Of a stretch of 51,893 nucleotides of DNA, positions 47,111 to 51,893 are shown piece after piece. The stretch is taken from positions 1-51,893 of the forward strand of contig MQRK01233713.1 in assembly GCA_001938485.1 (NCBI GenBank), written 5' to 3'. Positions within the stretch are counted from its first letter, which is position 1, and the number at the start of each line of letters is the position of its first letter. A model generated the notes under the pieces. The model worked only from the letters and a program-made list of their open reading frames with translations. It did no database searches and had not been told where the DNA came from. The translations under genes were made by a program, and so were the position numbers. Origin of the DNA: Girardia tigrina. Lineage: Eukaryota.

Positions 47111-47505
47111 TTAACAAGGCGAGTAAAAATATCTGGTGTCCGGTGACGTTTGGCGTAGTATTAAATATTTACAATATAAACTCAATGTAAATATATTTAA
47201 TAATTTTAATACAAGAATAACTCAGTAATCACCACTTCAAAACAAAAGATAAATTCCAAAAAAAAAACAAAAGATTCGAAAATAATCCTTATAAACCCAA
47301 AGGATTTTTTACTTTTTAAAATATTATATTTACGATATAAATCATATATATTTGTCAATAATATCACACGTTATCTCTCCTTAATCTTTTAAAAATTTTT
47401 AAAATACTTTTAAAATAAAATTCGAACAGTTAACGAAATATTTTCGCTATTAGTGGACTAATTACCCCTTGAAAATTCTAAGAGGGATGACATAGATCGT
47501 ACTTA

Positions 47506-47807
47506 TATAGCATTTTTTACAATGAAATTAAACTTTCGCAAAAGGAAATTGAACTTTTACAAAATGAAATTGAACTTCTGTATTTAGTGTCCTCGGGATT
47601 ACGTGTCCGGGATTAACTGTACTGAGATTAACTGTCTCTAGATTAAGTGTCCCCGTACCAACCCATCGTAGAGCGTCTTTTGATTTTTTATTTATTCGAT
47701 CATTCTCTCTAAAAAAACTTTGAACTTTTTTCAATAGTTCAATTTCAAATTACCAAAAGTTCAATTCCATTTTGCGAAAGTTTCCATTTTATTGTAAAAA
47801 TGCTATA
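47506..47807. mobile_element. MITE-like element with ~70-bp imperfect TIRs containing a tandem-repeat block
   Basis: tatagcattttttacaatgaaattaaactttcgcaaaa...aaattgaact vs agttcaattt...ttttgcgaaagttt...attgtaaaaatgctata; internal gatta(a/c)ctgt-like repeats at 47585-47660. Confidence 0.65.
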
Positions 47808-49339
47808 AATTCTAAAAGATGTTTTACTACTTCGTGATAAATAAGAAACTATATATCCTTTAGGCTTTTAAATGATTTAAATTTAAACCATTTTGTGTTA
47901 AGGAATAATTTTTTTGAGTCTTTAGTTGAAATTATTTCTTCGTTCATCGTAACGCTTTTTTGTGTGAAGTCTGAAAAATTGTATATACAAGATTTTAATG
48001 CGTTTTTATTTTTATTTATTGAATATAAATTTAAGACACATCAAAAGACCTTTTGAATGATACGAGATTATAAATTCTCTTTAAAAACAGATTTACAAGT
48101 ATCTTAATTAGCTTATTGAAAATAGAGCTGTTGTCCAAAAAAGAACAATAATCTAAACAAATCCAAAAATTAAAGAACAATAAAATCTATTTTAATTCTT
48201 TTTAACGACCAAAACAATCAATATTCAAAGTAATGACCATTGGATGACCAATTGATCGATTCCATCTATTACCAAGTTGTTCAATCCCGCTTCGGTATCA
48301 TTTTTTTGGGGTTTAGAGGCGAAAAATCCCTTCTCAGGATTTAACCTCACCAAGATTGTTGAGGTGGCATCCACGAAGAAAGTGAGTCATGGAACGGAAA
48401 AGGTTACAAAAATCAAGCATTTATAATCAAGGTGTGGAAAAATTATAAAGACATCAACATTCTGTTATTATTTCTTGGGTTTTCCTGGTTTTGAGTCGTT
48501 TTGTGCTGTCTTGCTGCAGAAGAGCTCGTAATCCATTGATAAAAGTGGGTTATTTTACGGTAATCGATGTATACATCCAATCAAGTTTTTGTAAAATAGA
48601 AGTTTACATCAACTGTTTGACAATTTTGAAGTAGCTTGAAGGTTGTGAGAAGTGGTTGCAACATCAATATCAGAATTCATTTAACACCAAAATTTATTTA
48701 TATAACAACAATTCACATATTTTAACAAATTTTTCTGTTAATTTAATTATCACGCCACAAATTAATCTATTAAATTCTTTTCGATTCAATTTTTAAAATC
48801 TTGCAAATTTATTAAATACATTTCACATTAAAACTAAAAATTTATTTTAAAATTTATTTAAAATTGTTTCATAACTTATATTAAAATATATAAATTGTTA
48901 TGACTGTAAAAATATTTTTATTTATAAATAAATATTTAATATTTAATGGTTTTCTTATCATTTTTAATTTTAAAATATTGAATAAGCATATTAACATTAA
49001 AATATTTTACCTTAAATTAAAAAATAATAAATTATTCTGCCGAGATGAAAATTTAAATTAACCCCTCATAAAGGTAATTATTCCTTCTAAATTTCTCTTA
49101 ACGTACAAAAGTATCTTAGTGTCCAAGAACTGATTCTGTTTGTCTGGATTGTTAAAATAAATCCATTTTGTCACAAATAACAATTATGCTGATAAAACGG
49201 TCATTAGATATATTTTACAGCCATTTTCAGCCATGGAACCTAAATTTCACTCAGTTTATGATAATTCTTTCATTTTATTATGTATATTTTAAAATATTTC
49301 TATACACCGAACAAATTAATAAAGAATATTTTTATTAAG

Positions 49340-49408
49340 ATGTCATTTAATAGAAATACTTATGATGGTATAGAAAATGTTTCTGAAGCCGAAAATTATT
49401 CATCCAAA
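49340..49408 (+). CDS. Candidate host gene exon K (69 nt): MSFNRNTYDGIENVSEAENYSSK
   Basis: ttttattaag|ATG...AAA|gttaga; open frame; same composition as the other exons but weaker splice sites. Confidence 0.5.
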
Positions 49409-51706
49409 GTTAGATTATTATATATGAATAAAATAATTGTCATTTACCTCAAACCAAATTATAAAATTTAATATTTAAAAACAATTTATATTGTAATTTC
49501 AAGTATAAAATGAGTTGAATTACAAAGATTAAAAGAATTTTTTCCATGTTTCCGGTTAATGTGACTTAACAATTGAGGTGAATTTCATGTTCTAACATGT
49601 AGCAGTATTGTATAAATATTTTATATTCAATTTATAAAAAATTAAAAACTAGTAAATAGAAAAATTAAATTTTTTTATATCCATTCTTTATGCAGACAGA
49701 ACTCTACTTTGCCAACAAAGTTTGAATTAAAATAATAATTTAAAAAAACAATAAAAAATTAACATAAACTACTTTTAATTTATAAGTAGATTTTTTTCAA
49801 TTAATATTGTTCTGGAATTCCGAATTTTCCTTTTTTTCCATTTGGGACCATAAATAGTTTTTTTGATCAAATTTTCACATTATCATTTATTGTCATCGAG
49901 ATTGAGTAAGTGTGTAAAGTTTGAAGAAAATCGATTGAGTAAAAGGTCTTCAAAAATAGGTTTCTAAATTCAATGGATACATACCTAGAAAGTAAGCTAA
50001 TATAAAGAATGGAATAAATAAATTTTTTAACATAAAATATTTTTTAACATTTAACAATGTAACAGAATTTCCATTGAAAACAAATGTTTTCGATTCCCAT
50101 TAAAATACAGGGTTTGGTTATAAAACGCTCCATTTCTTTCAGTGCTTAGAACAAAAGTTTAAAATATTCTAAATTTTTCCCCAGATGTAAACACGTTTGG
50201 CTCAAAGAAAAGTGGTGATGAATGACATATACCAGCTACTTTGTTACAAGATATATGTTAAGAGAACTCACACATTTGACAGAACATTTATTACATTCAC
50301 ATTTCTTATCATCTTTATGATGATCAATAGTATTGCTTTCACTTAGATTCATCAATCAATTTTCAATATCTCACATCATAATCTGAACTAACTTGAGAAG
50401 ACCACTTTATTTAAAAATATTTAATTTAAATTTTATTGGCTGAAATAAAATGTTTTTATAGTCATTTTTAAACATTAATTTGATTTTAATTATTTAAAAA
50501 TTTACAAAAATAAAATCATTAAAATTATTTAAAAGTTGCAATAATCAAAATTAAAAATTTGAATATTAAATCTAAATTTAAATAAATTAGTTTCAGATTA
50601 TAAGAAATTAAATATTGATCATCCATCTGGTTAGGAAAGGTAAAATCCCAAATCAACATACAACATTTAAACATGCAAAAACTACACAAAAACATCCACA
50701 CACCAAATATTCCTCACATCAAGGCATGAGATTTACAAAGTCGTTTATCCACAGTGCTGTGTAATGAGATAGTAGCAGATATCGATATATTTAGTCATTT
50801 CACTAAGATGGTCTTACAATCTCGTGAAAAGTTGTCAGAAAAATATTCAACTTTGGAAATTCAAACTTTCTTTCAACAAGGGCCGTCCCTTAGGGCTTTC
50901 CATTTAATAGACTTATCATGAATTCTATGTTTTTGTTATCTGACTGATATTTTTGCTGAAATTAAAAACAGTAAATTCAAACTACAGGGAAGAAGCAATA
51001 TTATATAGGAGATTCATGTTACCAATAAATCATTTCATGAAACTTCAAGGAAATTTTCGGTGCTAAGTAAGCGCATGTACTTGACTGTGACACTGGGACT
51101 TCGGTAGAAGTGTTTGAGTCTCGGAGAAATGGAAACAGGCCTTACCCGACAGAGGAGGGTGTTATCGGAAGCTTCGTTCCGAACGTGTCGAGTAACGAGT
51201 GATTCGAGAATGATTTAGGTCCTCTGCTCCTTGGCAGTGTGTACAACGGAGGGAGCATTCAGATTTTCGCACCTCATTTTAGCGAGAAAAACATTGAAAT
51301 TGGAGATCGATTAGCGAAGGAAAATTTCTTTGTTTGAGTAGGACGTGTTGATGATGAGACTCAATAGGTGAACGCAATTGAAGTTTTTGGCAGAATTAAC
51401 ACTTTCAGATCGATTTTTTTATTAAAATCTTGTCAAATATTCTTTTAGTGTTGGCGGGTAATAATTCACATTTTTTACTATTGGAGCTGGCAAAGTGATT
51501 GCCGGATGTGTTTGGGAAAGGAGAAACTAAACGAAGCAAACTTTAATCTCACACTTCTTGAAGAAATTGACATATGAAACATAAATAGTACTGTTTGGCT
51601 GATGACACTGATATTCTTGGTTGACTTTTAGATGTGAGAGATTAATGAGTAATAAATAATATATTTTTGTTCATACTTTGATTATATTTATAACTTTCGG
51701 TAGTTA

Positions 51707-51893
51707 CGAGGGTGGGTCAATAAGTCCGTGACTTTTTGAATTTCTGACCTCGTTACTGAAAAGCAACACTGCTCCTGTCAACAGGCATGAGTCAGTTGAC
51801 TCCTCAAAAATTTTAACTTGCTGAGTCATTTAGTTTGTGTGTCACAGCTATCTTTATCAGACTACCCAGTAATTTGAAGAGAAAATGGAAAAA
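51707..51893 (+). mobile_element. 5' end of a mariner element running out of the window
   Basis: TA-cgagggtgggtcaataagtccgtgact is TIR-like and similar to that at 865; ATG GAA AAA (MEK) at 51885. Confidence 0.65.

Noticed and set aside
49221-49253. Possible 33-nt exon PFSAMEPKFHS
   Set aside because: Good acceptor but weak donor (gtttat); too short to support.

Overview
AT-rich eukaryotic (animal-like) genomic DNA with two N gaps; the taxon cannot be determined from sequence alone. Most supplied ORFs are fragments of decayed transposons: mariner/Tc1/IS630, hAT, MULE, Ty3/Gypsy, an RTE-like LINE and Penelope-like elements carrying hammerhead ribozyme motifs. These elements appear to sit inside the introns of one + strand host gene that the ORF track almost entirely misses. 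I read 13-14 short (69-129 nt) AG/GT-bounded exons between 2598 and 49408. All are multiples of 3 and open in phase 0, and they splice into about 490-516 aa of S/E/D/N/K-rich, probably disordered protein with no start or stop codon identified in the window. Four exons are tandem copies of one 129-nt exon. Also present are an antisense TLDc (OXR1/NCOA7-like) retro-pseudogene, a 100-bp-arm fold-back hairpin, a 59-bp inverted templated insertion in the LINE, and two unexplained dispersed repeat motifs. All coordinates were read by eye; TE boundaries without TIR or TSD support are approximate.
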